Assembly (NCBI GenBank): GCA_035463315.1
Contig: DATHTJ010000046.1
Location: forward strand, 1 to 54,937
Length of the DNA: 54,937 bases
Direction: 5' to 3'
Source of the DNA: Pseudonocardiaceae bacterium
Lineage (GTDB): Bacteria > Actinomycetota > Actinomycetes > Mycobacteriales > Pseudonocardiaceae
Shown piece after piece: positions 40,901 to 51,270 of this stretch; position 1 is the first letter of the stretch, and each line of letters begins with the position of its first letter. The notes under the pieces were generated by a model. It saw only the letters and a list, made by a program, of their open reading frames with translations. It was not told the DNA's origin and searched no databases. The position numbers and the translations under genes were made by a program.

Positions 40901-43900
40901 CTACTGCACGACGTCGTCTACCGAAGGAGACTCGTTACGAGACAGGTTGATGCCGAGGTTGGCGGCGGCCCGCTCCAGGTCCTCGTCATCGGAGTCCCGC
41001 ATCTCGATCGCTGCTCCGTCACTGGAGAGCACCTCGACGTTGAGGCACAGCGACTGCAGCTCCTTGAGCAGCACCTTGAACGATTCGGGAATCCCGGGCT
41101 CGGGGATGTTCTCGCCCTTGACGATGGCCTCGTACACCTTCACCCGGCCGAGCACATCATCGGACTTGATCGTCAATAGTTCCTGCAGGGTGTACGCCGC
41201 CCCGTAGGCCTGCATCGCCCAGCACTCCATCTCGCCGAAGCGCTGACCACCGAACTGCGCCTTGCCACCCAGCGGCTGCTGCGTGATCATCGAGTAGGGC
41301 CCGGTCGAACGAGCGTGGATCTTGTCATCGACCAGGTGCAGCAGCTTGATGATGTACATGTAGCCGACCGCGATCGGGTAGGGGTAGGGCTCACCGGTGC
41401 GGCCGTCGAACAACTGCGCCTTGCCGTCGGGCCCGACCATCTGCTCGCCGTCCCGGTTGAGCCGGGTCGAGCCGAGCAGCCCGGTGATCTCCTCCTCCTT
41501 AGCGCCGTCGAACACCGGCGTGGCGACCACGGTGCCCGGCTCGGCCTGGTAAAGCTCCTCAGGAAGCCGGGAGGCCCAATCCGGATCACCGTTGATCTGC
41601 CATCCAGTCTTCGCGATCCAGCCGAGGTGGGTCTCCAGGATCTGTCCGATGTTCATCCGGCGCGGCACACCGTGGGTGTTGAGGATGATGTCCACCGCGG
41701 TCCCGTCGGGCAGGAACGGCATGTCCTCCACCGGGAGGATCTTGCCGATGACGCCCTTGTTACCGTGTCGGCCAGCGAGCTTGTCACCGTCCTGGATCTT
41801 GCGCTTCTGCGCGACGTAGACCCGGACCAGCTCGTTGACCCCAGGCGACAGCTCGTCCTCGTCTTCCCGGGAGAACACCCGGATGCCGATGACCTTGCCG
41901 GTCTCGCCGTGCGGCACCTTGAGGCTGGTGTCACGGACCTCACGGGCCTTCTCGCCGAAGATGGCCCGGAGCAGCCGCTCTTCGGGAGTCAGCTCGGTCT
42001 CGCCCTTCGGCGTCACCTTGCCGACCAGGATGTCCCCGGCCTGCACCTCGGCACCGATCCGGATGATGCCACGCTCGTCGAGATCCGCCAGCACTTCCTC
42101 GGAGACGTTCGGGATGTCCCGGGTGATCTCCTCGGCACCGAGCTTGGTGTCCCGGGCGTCGATCTCGTGCTCGTCGATGTGGATCGAGGTGAGCACATCG
42201 TCCTGCACCAGGCGCTGGCTCAGGATGATCGCGTCCTCGTAGTTGTGGCCCTCCCACGGCATGATCGCCACAAGCAGGTTCTTACCCAGGGCCATCTCGC
42301 CGGAGTCGGTGCACGGCCCGTCGGCGATCACCTGACCGATCTCCACCCGGTCGCCCTCGGCCACGATCGGCCGCTGGTTGGTGCAGGTGCCCTGATTGGA
42401 CCGGTGGAACTTGTGCATCCGGTAGGTCTGCCGGCTGCCGTCGTCGGCCATGACGGTGACGTAGTCGGCGCACAGTTCCTCGACCACGCCGGCCTTGTCG
42501 GCCACCACGACATCGCCGGCATCCACCGCGGCCCGCAGCTCCATGCCAGTTCCCACCAGCGGCGCCTCGCTGCGCAGCAGCGGCACTGCCTGGCGCTGCA
42601 TATTGGCGCCCATCAGTGCGCGGTTGGCGTCGTCGTGCTCAACGAACGGGATCATCGCGGTGGCCACCGAGACCATCTGCCGCGGCGACACGTCCATGTA
42701 GTCCACGCCGTGCGGGTCGATGTAGTCGACATCGCCGCCTTTGCGACGGACCAGCACGCGCTCCTCAGCGAAGTTGCCGTCCTCGTCCAGCACCGCGTTG
42801 GCCTGCGCGATGACGTGCCGGTCTTCCTCGTCGGCGGTCAGGTAGTCAATCTGCTCGGTGACGCGCCCGTCGACGGCCTTGCGGTAGGGCGTCTCGATGA
42901 AACCGAACGGGTTGACCCGGGCATAGGACGACAACGACCCGATCAGCCCGATGTTCGGGCCTTCCGGGGTCTCGATCGGGCACATCCGGCCGTAGTGCGA
43001 ATGGTGCACATCACGGACCTCGAAACCGGCCCGCTCCCGGGACAGGCCTCCTGGGCCCAGCGCGGACAGCCGCCGCTTGTGGGTCAACCCGGCCAGCGGG
43101 TTGGTCTGGTCCATGAACTGGGACAGCTGGGACGTGCCGAAGAACTCCTTGATCGCCGCCACCACGGGGCGGATGTTGATCAGGGTCTGCGGCGTGATGG
43201 CCTCGACGTCCTGAGTCGTCATCCGCTCGCGCACGACCCGCTCCATGCGGGACAGGCCGACCCGGATCTGGTTCTGGATCAACTCGCCTACGGTGCGCAG
43301 CCTGCGGTTGCCGAAGTGGTCGATGTCGTCGGTCTCCACCGGCACCACCGCGTCCGGGCCACCGCTTGCGGCCGGCATCGTCGTCTCGCCCGCGTGTAGC
43401 CGAACCAGGTAGTCGATGGTGGTGACGATGTCGTCCTCGGCAAGCACCCCGTTTCGGTGCGGCAGGTTCAAGCCAAGCTTCTTGTTGACCTTGTAGCGGC
43501 CGACCTTGGCCAGGTCATAGCGCTTGACCTTGAAGAAGAGGTTCTCCAGCAGCGCCTGGGCGCTCTCCTTGGTCGGCGGCTCGCCCGGGCGCAGCTTGCG
43601 GTAGATGTCCAGCAGCGCCTCGTCGGGGCCGCTGGTGTGGTCCTTCTCCAGGGTGGCGAGCAGCGTCTCGGAGTGCGCGAACCGAGCGGCGATCCGCTCG
43701 GTCGTCCAGCCCAGAGCCTTGAGCAGCACGGTCACCGGCTGGCGACGCTTGCGGTCGATCCGCACGCCCACCGTGTCGCGCTTGTCCACATCGAACTCCA
43801 GCCACGCACCACGGCTGGGAATGATCTTGACGCTATAGACGTCCTTGTCGGTGGTCTTGTCCACCGCGTGGTCGAAATACACTCCAGGAGAGCGGACGAG

Positions 43901-44395
43901 CTGGGACACCACCACCCGCTCGGTTCCGTTGATGATGAAGGTGCCCTTGCTTGTCATCATCGGGAAATCACCCATGAACACCGTCTGTGACTTGATCTCA
44001 CCGGTGTTGTTGTTGGTGAACTCGGCCGTGACGAACAAGGGCGCCGCGTAGGTCATGTCCTTGTCCTTGCACTCCTCTACGGAGGCCTTGACCTCGTCGA
44101 AGCGAGGGTCAGAGAAGGACAGGGCCATCGAGCCGGAGAAGTCCTCGATCGGGGAGATCTCCTCGAGCACCTCCGCGAGACCACCCACGGGCTCGTCATC
44201 ACCGGCCTCGATGCGGCGCTGGAACCACTTGTCGGCACCAACCAGCCACTCGAAAGACTGGAGCTGGAGATCCAGGAGATCGGGTACCTCAAGCGGCTCG
44301 CGGATCTTCGCGAACGATGGCCGGGCTGGAGCGCCCGGAAGGCGGGGTACGGAGTTGTTCGCAGCAGAGGACTTGGACGGGCGGGAGACTGCCAA
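40901..44395 (-). CDS. rpoB: DNA-directed RNA polymerase subunit beta
   Basis: 1164 aa, ...[25 protein letters not shown]...GRHGNKGVI.... TTG start at 44395 with GGAAGGA 7 nt upstream. Confidence 0.99.
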   Translation of the reverse strand: MAVSRPSKSSAANNSVPRLPGAPARPSFAKIREPLEVPDLLDLQLQSFEWLVGADKWFQRRIEAGDDEPVGGLAEVLEEISPIEDFSGSMALSFSDPRFDEVKASVEECKDKDMTYAAPLFVTAEFTNNNTGEIKSQTVFMGDFPMMTSKGTFIINGTERVVVSQLVRSPGVYFDHAVDKTTDKDVYSVKIIPSRGAWLEFDVDKRDTVGVRIDRKRRQPVTVLLKALGWTTERIAARFAHSETLLATLEKDHTSGPDEALLDIYRKLRPGEPPTKESAQALLENLFFKVKRYDLAKVGRYKVNKKLGLNLPHRNGVLAEDDIVTTIDYLVRLHAGETTMPAASGGPDAVVPVETDDIDHFGNRRLRTVGELIQNQIRVGLSRMERVVRERMTTQDVEAITPQTLINIRPVVAAIKEFFGTSQLSQFMDQTNPLAGLTHKRRLSALGPGGLSRERAGFEVRDVHHSHYGRMCPIETPEGPNIGLIGSLSSYARVNPFGFIETPYRKAVDGRVTEQIDYLTADEEDRHVIAQANAVLDEDGNFAEERVLVRRKGGDVDYIDPHGVDYMDVSPRQMVSVATAMIPFVEHDDANRALMGANMQRQAVPLLRSEAPLVGTGMELRAAVDAGDVVVADKAGVVEELCADYVTVMADDGSRQTYRMHKFHRSNQGTCTNQRPIVAEGDRVEIGQVIADGPCTDSGEMALGKNLLVAIMPWEGHNYEDAIILSQRLVQDDVLTSIHIDEHEIDARDTKLGAEEITRDIPNVSEEVLADLDERGIIRIGAEVQAGDILVGKVTPKGETELTPEERLLRAIFGEKAREVRDTSLKVPHGETGKVIGIRVFSREDEDELSPGVNELVRVYVAQKRKIQDGDKLAGRHGNKGVIGKILPVEDMPFLPDGTAVDIILNTHGVPRRMNIGQILETHLGWIAKTGWQINGDPDWASRLPEELYQAEPGTVVATPVFDGAKEEEITGLLGSTRLNRDGEQMVGPDGKAQLFDGRTGEPYPYPIAVGYMYIIKLLHLVDDKIHARSTGPYSMITQQPLGGKAQFGGQRFGEMECWAMQAYGAAYTLQELLTIKSDDVLGRVKVYEAIVKGENIPEPGIPESFKVLLKELQSLCLNVEVLSSDGAAIEMRDSDDEDLERAAANLGINLSRNESPSVDDVVQ

Positions 44396-44610
44396 GATGC
44401 GTCCTTCCGAACACTAGCGCAGCCGAGCGCAAGAACACATGGTCTCCTCTGACCACGCTCCCCGCGCCGTGTTGGTGCAGTTGCCGATGCAGTTGTGACG
44501 GTGCTTGCGGCGGTACTTGGGTACCGTTGTCATATGCGACTGTTGCCGTTCACGCAGCCCGAGTGACCCCGGAGCACAGGGAAAACAAGGAGAGGGCAGC
44601 GCAAAGAGGC

Positions 44611-44639
44611 AGTCTAACCGCTAGGACGGCGACTGTCCA
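44611..44639 (-). promoter_or_regulatory. Candidate sigma-A-type promoter upstream of rpoB
   Basis: Minus strand: TGGACA (44634-44639), a 17-nt spacer, then TAGACT (44611-44616). This implies a leader of about 200 nt. Pattern match only. Confidence 0.4.
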
Positions 44640-44751
44640 GCGCCGGACACACCCGGCGCAAGCGTGCTCCTAGCGTGACCCGAGAGACGCCGCCAGTCAA
44701 GAGCACATCGTCCGATCAGTGGTCGTACCCGCACGATCAGCGGCCGCGAAA

Positions 44752-44772
44752 CCGATCGGCTCGGCCGATCGG
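44752..44772 (-). terminator. Hairpin after the Mce-associated-like gene pair
   Basis: ccgatcggc-tcg-gccgatcgg forms a 9-bp stem about 40 nt after the stop at 44812. It is followed by TTTCG on the minus strand. Confidence 0.45.
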
Positions 44773-44811
44773 CGCGAGGATGGGGTGCGGTTGGTGGACG
44801 ATCTCACGTGG

Positions 44812-45375
44812 TCAGAACGGCGCCACGTCCGCGATCTTCCAGCTGCCGTTGACCAGCTGCGCAGTGACGGTGAGCCCAAGCAGTGGTGGAGGCTGAGGAC
44901 CCCGGATGGCCTGCCGTTCGATGAACACCACCACGATTGCCCGTTCACCGTCGAGCATCCTGACGGCCAGCGCGGGCACGGTCGCCGCCACCACGGCCTG
45001 CTGCGAGGGCGCCAGCTGGCGCACCTGAGCGAACTGTTCATGGTATTCCTGGACCAACGGGCCGGTGATGACGTCGGCAGCGGCCCGTTCGTTGTCATCC
45101 AGCCGAGCAAAGTCGTAGGAGAAGAGGCGTTGCACCGCCTCGCGCGTCTGCTCGGAGACCTGGGCGGTGGCGCCGGCATCGAGCAGCGCATCATTGCTCG
45201 CCGCCGCAGACCCGAGCAGTTGGTTGGCCTCGCCGCGGAACCATGCGGCCAGCCCTAGCGCGATCACCAGCGCAGCGACCAGGCTCACCAGTGTTGCCAC
45301 GCCGGTCAGCCGCCGGGGCGGCGTGACCGCCTGCTCGGTAGGGGCACTGGACTGTGGTCGGGTCGGGATGGTCAT
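44812..45375 (-). CDS. Mce-associated membrane protein-like (single N-terminal TM plus an NTF2-like ectodomain)
   Basis: TM segment GVATLVSLVAALVIALGLAAW, then LFSYDFARLDDNERAAADVITGPLVQEY...VNGSWKIADV, the typical Mas-family pattern (recalled). The start was trimmed to ATG 45375. Confidence 0.8.
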   Translation of the reverse strand: MTIPTRPQSSAPTEQAVTPPRRLTGVATLVSLVAALVIALGLAAWFRGEANQLLGSAAASNDALLDAGATAQVSEQTREAVQRLFSYDFARLDDNERAAADVITGPLVQEYHEQFAQVRQLAPSQQAVVAATVPALAVRMLDGERAIVVVFIERQAIRGPQPPPLLGLTVTAQLVNGSWKIADVAPF

Positions 45376-45394
45376 GCGATCCGAGTCCCCTTCG

Positions 45395-45982
45395 CTATTT
45401 CGGCGGCACGGGCGTGATCGCCGGACACGCTCCGGGAATCTGGCTGGCGTCGCCGACCGGCACCAACTTGTCGACCTTCCAGGCATCGCCGTCGCGGCGC
45501 ATGTCGAGTTGTATGCGCCTGCGCAAGCAGTTCGGAGCGCCATCCTCGGATTGGGACGTGACGTCGACCCCGACGAGCACCCGCGCGGTGCCGGAACCCT
45601 CGTCGAGAGCAGCGACCGCTCCGTCAATAATCCTCGCGGTGGTGGTCGTTCTCGAGTCGGTGATGGCACGCGCGTAGTTGTCCCGGCTGGTCCGCACGTC
45701 ACCAAGGAGCGACCCGGCCGCCGACTGCTCCCACAGCGTCAGCCCGTCCTGCACCCGCCGATAGTCGATCGTGTTGAGATTGACCATGGCCTGCTGGGCA
45801 TCCTGAAGAACGGCGTCCCGGGCCATACCTCGGGCGAGGGACGCGTCGTGCGCGGCTCGGTACCAGGACACGCCGAACCAGCCGGCGGCAGCGAAAGCGA
45901 CCACAGCGAGTACCGCAACCGCAACGGTGGCGGTCCGTAGCGGCCCGCCCAGGAAGGCTCGGATAGCGGCGGCGCTGGTCAT
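45395..45982 (-). CDS. Mce-associated membrane protein-like, second paralogue
   Basis: TM segment TVAVAVLAVVAFAAAGWFGV, then MVNLNTIDYRRVQDGLTLWEQSAAGSL...DGDAWKVDKLV. ATG 45982 was chosen because codons upstream up to TTG 46072 have poor GC3. Confidence 0.72.
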   Translation of the reverse strand: MTSAAAIRAFLGGPLRTATVAVAVLAVVAFAAAGWFGVSWYRAAHDASLARGMARDAVLQDAQQAMVNLNTIDYRRVQDGLTLWEQSAAGSLLGDVRTSRDNYARAITDSRTTTTARIIDGAVAALDEGSGTARVLVGVDVTSQSEDGAPNCLRRRIQLDMRRDGDAWKVDKLVPVGDASQIPGACPAITPVPPK

Positions 45983-46152
45983 GGCCGTCCAGGGTAAAGA
46001 GGTGACGGTGGGTGCTTCGCCGCGGCCCTCGCCTGCGACAGAGTCGGTGCCCAGTGGATGTGCAGGACTCAACCCTCCATGATCGGCATGAGGCTCATGA
46101 TCGGCGCGTTAGGGTCCATGGGGATGGCGGTCACCACCCGAGGAGGTAGTCG

Positions 46153-47013
46153 GTGAGCAACGGCCACGTCGAGGGGCACCGGGAGATCGCGCCCGGAAGG
46201 TCGGCCTACTGGCAGGCCTGGCTTCCCCCGGACCGGGCCCGGGCGGTCGTCGTGATCGTGCACGGTCTCCATGAGCACTCCGCACGCTACGCCCACGTCG
46301 GGACCCGGCTGGCCGGGGCGGGCTTCGCGGTCTACGCCGCCGACCATCGCGGGCACGGCCGGTCCGACGGGCGACGCGCCAATATCGAGCGGATGACGCT
46401 GATCGTCAACGACCTGGGTTCTTTCGCGCGGTTTTGCGGCGGGCGCCACCCTGGCCTGCCGGTGTTCATGGTCGGCCACTCGCTCGGCGGGCTGATCGCG
46501 CTGCACTACGCCACAGAGCCGGGAACCCCGCTGGATGGCCTGGTGCTGTCCGGGCCGCTCGTGGAGGTGACGGTCGGCTCGGCACTGCAGAGACGCCTGG
46601 CCGGGGTGCTCTCGGCACTGGTCCCCAACCTCCGGGTAGCCGCACTGGGCGCCGAGGAGAAGATTAGCCGGGACCCCGAGGTGGTGCGCTCCTACCGGGA
46701 GGATCCGCTGGTGTACCGCGGCAGGATCAAGGCCCGGACCGGGGCCGAGATACTGGCGACCATGGAGGGTCTGCCGGCCCGGCTGCCGCGACTGTCGGTG
46801 CCACTGCTGATCTTGCACGGAACCGACGATCTCATTTGTGCCCCGGCCGGTTCCGCGATGGTGCACGACTGGGTGTCCTCCCCAGACAAGACTGTGCATC
46901 GATACCGGGACCTCTACCACGAGGTGTTCAACGAACCCGAGCGCGACGAGGTGCTCACCGACCTGGTGCGCTGGCTCGAGCAGCACCTGCCTGCAACGCG
47001 TTCAGCGGGCTGA
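46153..47013 (+). CDS. Alpha/beta hydrolase, monoacylglycerol lipase / lysophospholipase-like
   Basis: VIVHGLHEHSARY...ADHRGHGRSDG and the nucleophile elbow GHSLGG. GTG start with GAGGAGG 6 nt upstream. Confidence 0.9.
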   Translation: MSNGHVEGHREIAPGRSAYWQAWLPPDRARAVVVIVHGLHEHSARYAHVGTRLAGAGFAVYAADHRGHGRSDGRRANIERMTLIVNDLGSFARFCGGRHPGLPVFMVGHSLGGLIALHYATEPGTPLDGLVLSGPLVEVTVGSALQRRLAGVLSALVPNLRVAALGAEEKISRDPEVVRSYREDPLVYRGRIKARTGAEILATMEGLPARLPRLSVPLLILHGTDDLICAPAGSAMVHDWVSSPDKTVHRYRDLYHEVFNEPERDEVLTDLVRWLEQHLPATRSAG

Positions 47014-47055
47014 GCGGGGCCACGACAGGTCGGATACCCCGCCCAGCCCGCTGAA
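47001..47055. repeat. REP-like palindromic element (copy B) overlapping the lipase stop codon; likely bidirectional terminator for the lipase gene and rplL
   Basis: ttcagcgggctg / cagcccgctgaa form 12-bp outer arms and gcgggg / ccccgc form inner arms around a 17-nt loop. The lipase TGA is at 47011-47013, inside the left arm. Confidence 0.65.
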
Positions 47056-47070
47056 GGTGGGATGGGGCGT

Positions 47071-47460
47071 TCAGGTCAGGCTGACCTTGGCGCCGGCCTC
47101 CTCCAGCTTGGTCTTGGCGGCCTCGGCCTGGTCCTTCGGCACGCCCTCCAGTACCGGCTTGGGAGCGCTCTCGACGAGGTCCTTCGCCTCCTTGAGACCC
47201 AACCCGGAGACGACCTCCCGGACCACCTTGATGACCTGGATCTTCTTCTCGCCAATGGCCTCGAGGACGACGTTGAACTCGTCCTTCTCCTCAGCGACCG
47301 GAGCCTCGGGCGCTGCACCGGCCGGACCCACCGCCACCGCGAGCGGCGCCGCGGCGGTGACGTCAAAGGTCTCCTCGAACTTCTTCACGAAATCGCTCAG
47401 CTCGAGCAGCGTCATGTCCTTGAACACGTCGAGCAGATCGTCGGTGCTCAACTTCGCCAT
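47071..47460 (-). CDS. rplL: 50S ribosomal protein L7/L12
   Basis: [34 protein letters not shown]...[20 protein letters not shown]. The start was trimmed to ATG 47460. Confidence 0.98.
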   Translation of the reverse strand: MAKLSTDDLLDVFKDMTLLELSDFVKKFEETFDVTAAAPLAVAVGPAGAAPEAPVAEEKDEFNVVLEAIGEKKIQVIKVVREVVSGLGLKEAKDLVESAPKPVLEGVPKDQAEAAKTKLEEAGAKVSLT

Positions 47461-47544
47461 GATGGCATTCTCCTTCTGTCGTCTTTTGTCGTCGACGGAT
47501 GCAGTGGGCGGCTCTCGCGTCCTGGTGGACACGGCCGGGGTCGA

Positions 47545-48090
47545 TCAGTCCTCGGCGCTGTCGCCAGTGGGCGGGCGCTCCTGCAGCTTGTCCTGCAGGG
47601 CCGCCGCCAACCGGACGACCTGAGAGGCCGGCTCGACGAACAGCCTGGCGGCCTTGGAGAGGTTTCCCTTCATCGCGCCAGCCAGCTTGGCCAGCAGCAC
47701 CTCGCGGGACTCCAAATCCGCGATCTGGGCGACCTCTGCAACCGTCAGCGGCCGACCGTCCAGGTAGCCACCCTTGATGACCAGCGCGTTGTGCTCTCTG
47801 GCGAAATCACGCAACGTCTTGGCCGCGTTCACCGGCTCACCCCGGACGAACGCGATCGCGGTCGGGCCGACGAACAGCGCGTCGAGACCCTCCACGCCGG
47901 CATCTCTTGCCGCACGCGAAGCCAGGCTGTTCTTGGCGACCTGGTAGGTCGTTGTCTCGCCGAGGGAACGACGCAGGCTGGTCAGTTGCGCCATGGAGAG
48001 GCCGCGGTACTCGGTCACCACCGCAGCGGTGGCGCTGCGGAACCGGTCCGCGATCTCGGCAACGGCGTCGACCTTCTCCGGTCTGGCCAT
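47545..48090 (-). CDS. rplJ: 50S ribosomal protein L10
   Basis: [43 protein letters not shown]. The start was trimmed to ATG 48090, which has GAGGAGG upstream. Confidence 0.97.
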   Translation of the reverse strand: MARPEKVDAVAEIADRFRSATAAVVTEYRGLSMAQLTSLRRSLGETTTYQVAKNSLASRAARDAGVEGLDALFVGPTAIAFVRGEPVNAAKTLRDFAREHNALVIKGGYLDGRPLTVAEVAQIADLESREVLLAKLAGAMKGNLSKAARLFVEPASQVVRLAAALQDKLQERPPTGDSAED

Positions 48091-48174
48091 GGATCGCCTC
48101 CTCATGTCGTGGTCATGGGTGTGGTGCACCGGCCCGAAAACGACGAACGCCCCGGCGCAGTAGGCGCGGGGCGT
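48091..48174 (-). promoter_or_regulatory. Putative rplJ (L10) leader with an attenuator-like hairpin
   Basis: Minus strand: ACGCCCCGCGC-CUACU-GCGCCGGGGCGU (48147-48174; 11 bp with one bulge), followed by UCGUCGUUUUCGG, 57-84 nt upstream of the rplJ ATG. L10-leader autoregulation is known in many bacteria. Confidence 0.4.
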
Positions 48175-48380
48175 AGCCACACGGCGCACGACGGCGCAGC
48201 ATGGCGAGACGACCACGTCCTCCTGCGCGGGCCGCCCGCAGTTGCGGGGCCTTCGTCCGTGCCGGCGGCACGGAGACCAGCGGTCTTCGGTGGAACTCCA
48301 GTCAGCTTACGGGACGCCTACAGGCGCTCCCCCCTCAACCCCGCGCAGCTGAACAGCGACAAGCATCCAGATGTGATCGA

Positions 48381-49100
48381 TCAGGGGGCGGCGGGGTCGT
48401 CGGTGAGGAGGTTGCGGGTGCGGTTGGGGTCGACTGGGATGCCGGGGCCCATCGTGGTGGAGAAGTGGACCTTTTTCAGGTAACGACCCTTGGCGGTCGA
48501 CGGCTTGGCTCGCAGTACCTCATCGAGTGCAGCGGCATAGTTCTCCACCAGCTTGTCGGCGTCGAAGGACACCTTGCCGATGATCAGGTGGAGGTTGGAC
48601 TGCTTGTCGACCCTGAAGTTAATCTTGCCGCCCTTGATGTCCGTGATGGCCTTGGCGACGTCGGGAGTGACAGTGCCGGTCTTGGGGTTTGGCATCAGGC
48701 CGCGGGGACCGAGAATCCTGGCGATCCGGCCGACCTTGGCCATCTGGTCCGGCGCTGCGATGGCGGCGTCGAAGTCCAGCCAGCCGCCCTGGATGCGCTC
48801 GATGAGGTCCTCAGAGCCCACCGCGTCAGCGCCGGCAGCCACTGCTTCGGCGGCCCGGTCACCACTGGCGAAGACGATGACACGGACGGTCTTGCCGGTG
48901 CCATGCGGCAAGTTCACCGTGCCGCGAACCATCTGGTCGGCTTTGCGGGGGTCGACGCCCAGTCGCATGGCAACCTCGACAGTGGCGTCCATCTTGGTCG
49001 GGGAGGTCTCCTTGGCCAGTGCCACAGCCTCCAGCGGGCTGTAGAACCGGCTGCGGTCGACCTTATCGATGGCTTGGCGATAAGCCTTACTGCGCTTCAT
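48381..49100 (-). CDS. rplA: 50S ribosomal protein L1
   Basis: [31 protein letters not shown]...VNLPHGTGK. The start was trimmed to ATG 49100. Confidence 0.97.
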   Translation of the reverse strand: MKRSKAYRQAIDKVDRSRFYSPLEAVALAKETSPTKMDATVEVAMRLGVDPRKADQMVRGTVNLPHGTGKTVRVIVFASGDRAAEAVAAGADAVGSEDLIERIQGGWLDFDAAIAAPDQMAKVGRIARILGPRGLMPNPKTGTVTPDVAKAITDIKGGKINFRVDKQSNLHLIIGKVSFDADKLVENYAAALDEVLRAKPSTAKGRYLKKVHFSTTMGPGIPVDPNRTRNLLTDDPAAP

Positions 49101-49241
49101 GTCACTGCCCTTCGTCAGGATCAGTCGTGGTGCGAGCCAGCGCCCGGCTCTCCCACACGTACTGGGGTACTGCTGGCGGTGTTGATACCTCGACCCTGCT
49201 GTGATGATGGCTTGGCCCTGCAAGCAGGCCTCGCGCAGGTA

Positions 49242-49676
49242 TCAGTCCACCACCGTGATGCCCATCGATCGGGCCGTTCCAGCAATGATCTTGATTGCGG
49301 CATCGATGTCGTTAGCGTTGAGGTCTTCCTGCTTGCGCTCGGCGATGGCCCGGAGCTGGTCGCGGCTGACCCTGGCGACCTTGGCCTTGTGCGGCTCCGC
49401 CGACCCCTTGGCCACCCCGGCCGCCTTGAGCAGCAGCACGGAGGCGGGCGGGGTCTTGAGCACGAAGTCGAACGAGCGGTCCTCGTACACCGAGATCACC
49501 GCGGGGACGACCTCGCCACGGCTGTTCTGCGTCGCAGCGTTGTATGCCTTGCAGAACTCCATGATGTTCAGACCGTGCGGACCCAGCGCCTGCCCGACCG
49601 AGGCCGGGTTTGCGGTGCCGGCCTCCAGTGCGAGCTTCACGGTGGCCGCGAGCTTCTTTCTCCTCTTGGGGGGCAT
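49242..49676 (-). CDS. rplK: 50S ribosomal protein L11
   Basis: [46 protein letters not shown]. Confidence 0.98.
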   Translation of the reverse strand: MPPKRRKKLAATVKLALEAGTANPASVGQALGPHGLNIMEFCKAYNAATQNSRGEVVPAVISVYEDRSFDFVLKTPPASVLLLKAAGVAKGSAEPHKAKVARVSRDQLRAIAERKQEDLNANDIDAAIKIIAGTARSMGITVVD

Positions 49677-49713
49677 GGTTCCTTCCTCGGGCTGTTCTTA
49701 ATTCGCTCGCCGG

Positions 49714-50517
49714 TCAGATCTTGGCGACCTGGCTGAACGAGAGCTCGACCGGAGTCTCCCGGCCAAAGATCGACACCAGCACCTTGAGCTTCTGCGCGTC
49801 GGCGTTGACCTCGCTGATCGTCGCCGGCAGCGTGGCGAACGGACCGTCCATGACCGTGACCGACTCCCCTATCTCGAAGTCGACCTCGATTGCGGGCCTG
49901 GCCGCACCAGAGCCCGCCGGCTGCCGGCCCGCACCCGCTGCCACCTTCGGCTGCTCTACCCGCGGGGCCAGGAACTTCAGCACCTCGTTCAGGGTCAGCG
50001 GCGAGGGCCGCGAGGTAGCGCCGACGAACCCGGTGACCCCCGGCGTGTTCCGCACGGCGCTCCACGAAGCGTCGTTGAGGTCCATCCGGACCAGGATGTA
50101 GCCGGGCAGCACCTTGCGCTGCACCTGCTTGCGCTGACCGTTCTTGATCTCAGTAACCTCTTCGGTGGGCACCTCCACCTGGAAAATGAAGTCCTCCACG
50201 TCCAGGGTCTGCACCCGGGTCTCCAGGTTCGCTTTCACCTTGTTCTCGTAGCCAGCGTAGGAGTGCACCACATACCACTCGCCGGGAGCGGCGGCTAGCG
50301 CGGATCGGAGTTCCTCCACGGGGTCGACGGGCTTGTCGGCCTCGATCTCGGCCGCCCCGACGGCGGGGGCCGCCTCGTCGGTGATCTCGGGTTTCTCGGC
50401 ACTCTCGACGAGCTGCGCCGGCTCGGGCGGCTGCACGTCGAACAGCCCCGTCAGCTCCGGCCCGCCTTCGGGGGAGGTCACAGTCAGTCTCGCTTCCTCT
50501 TCATGGTCATGCGTCAT
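49714..50517 (-). CDS. nusG: Transcription termination/antitermination factor NusG (with an acidic N-terminal extension)
   Basis: [24 protein letters not shown]...[11 protein letters not shown]...[21 protein letters not shown]. The start (ATG 50517) is uncertain. The ORF track extends to 50967. Confidence 0.93.
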   Translation of the reverse strand: MTHDHEEEARLTVTSPEGGPELTGLFDVQPPEPAQLVESAEKPEITDEAAPAVGAAEIEADKPVDPVEELRSALAAAPGEWYVVHSYAGYENKVKANLETRVQTLDVEDFIFQVEVPTEEVTEIKNGQRKQVQRKVLPGYILVRMDLNDASWSAVRNTPGVTGFVGATSRPSPLTLNEVLKFLAPRVEQPKVAAGAGRQPAGSGAARPAIEVDFEIGESVTVMDGPFATLPATISEVNADAQKLKVLVSIFGRETPVELSFSQVAKI

Positions 50518-50537
50518 GTCGCGCTGGTAGTGGACTG

Positions 50538-50921
50538 TCAGCCGAACACGCTCAGCATGACTCTGCCCAATCCCATGTCCAGCAGTGCCACGAACGCCAC
50601 CATGAAGCTGACGAAGACCAGCACGACCGCGGTGTAGACCACCAGTTCCCGACGGCTTGGCCAGATGACCTTGCGGAGCTCGGAGACGACCTCGCGGAGG
50701 AACCGGATCAGCCGGGCCGGCAGCGCTGCCTTGGTCTCGGTAGCGCCCCGTGGCGTGGTGGGGTGATCCTTGCCGGCGATCCCGGACCGCTGCGCCCCAG
50801 CGGAGCGGCTGGTGGACCGCTCCCGACGCACAGCAGCAGCAGAGGCCGGCTGCGGGGCATCCTGCGACTCCTCGGGACGCTCCTCCCGCTCCCCCGTCTC
50901 GGGGGCGCGATCGTCGCTCAC
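50538..50921 (-). CDS. secE: Preprotein translocase subunit SecE (with a long charged N-terminal extension)
   Basis: C-terminus [42 protein letters not shown], and its position before nusG. Confidence 0.9.
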   Translation of the reverse strand: MSDDRAPETGEREERPEESQDAPQPASAAAVRRERSTSRSAGAQRSGIAGKDHPTTPRGATETKAALPARLIRFLREVVSELRKVIWPSRRELVVYTAVVLVFVSFMVAFVALLDMGLGRVMLSVFG

Positions 50922-51020
50922 GCTGCTGATCCTCCGCTCGGCCGGGCCGGTCGCCGGTTCGGTCCACGCTGGGTTCTCATCGACACTGGATTTGTTCTCA
51001 TCGCTCGGTTCTCATTGACG

Positions 51021-51093
<73 letters not shown>

Positions 51094-51270
51094 TTACGGA
51101 CGTCCCGGGGACGCCACAACAGGTACCAGCCGATCGCCCCGACCACAACAAGCCACCGGGCACGAAGGATCCGCTGGTAACCCAGGAATCAGAGTGTAGG
51201 CCACCAGAGCCCCTGCACTCCAACTGCCCAGCCGCCAGGCGGAACCGGGAAGCCTCCGCTGGCTGCTGTT

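Noticed and set aside
41315-43399. Very long ORFs antisense to core genes: 694 aa opposite rpoB; also 39351..41207 opposite rpoC/rpoB, 29757..31100 opposite tuf, 9787..10893 opposite xpb, 16215..17663 opposite SDR/map, 51404..52603 opposite the aminotransferase, and 7654..8541 opposite cvnA1.
   Set aside because: These are typical shadow ORFs of high-GC DNA. In every case the opposite strand encodes an unmistakable conserved protein, and the antisense products are Arg/Gly/His/Asp-rich with no recognisable motifs.
46069-46986. A 305-aa minus-strand ORF covering almost the whole lipase gene.
   Set aside because: The plus-strand frame has the HG...GHSLGG...hydrolase motifs and a good SD plus GTG. 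The minus-strand product is low-complexity (Arg/Pro/Gly/His-rich) and would have to start in the divergent promoter region.
49183-49244. An 8-bp closing stem (tgatacct/aggtatca) and inner hairpin in the rplK-rplA spacer, considered as a possible L1 binding site.
   Set aside because: The stems are short and could arise by chance in a 141-nt GC-rich spacer. I could not establish similarity to the 23S L1 stalk.
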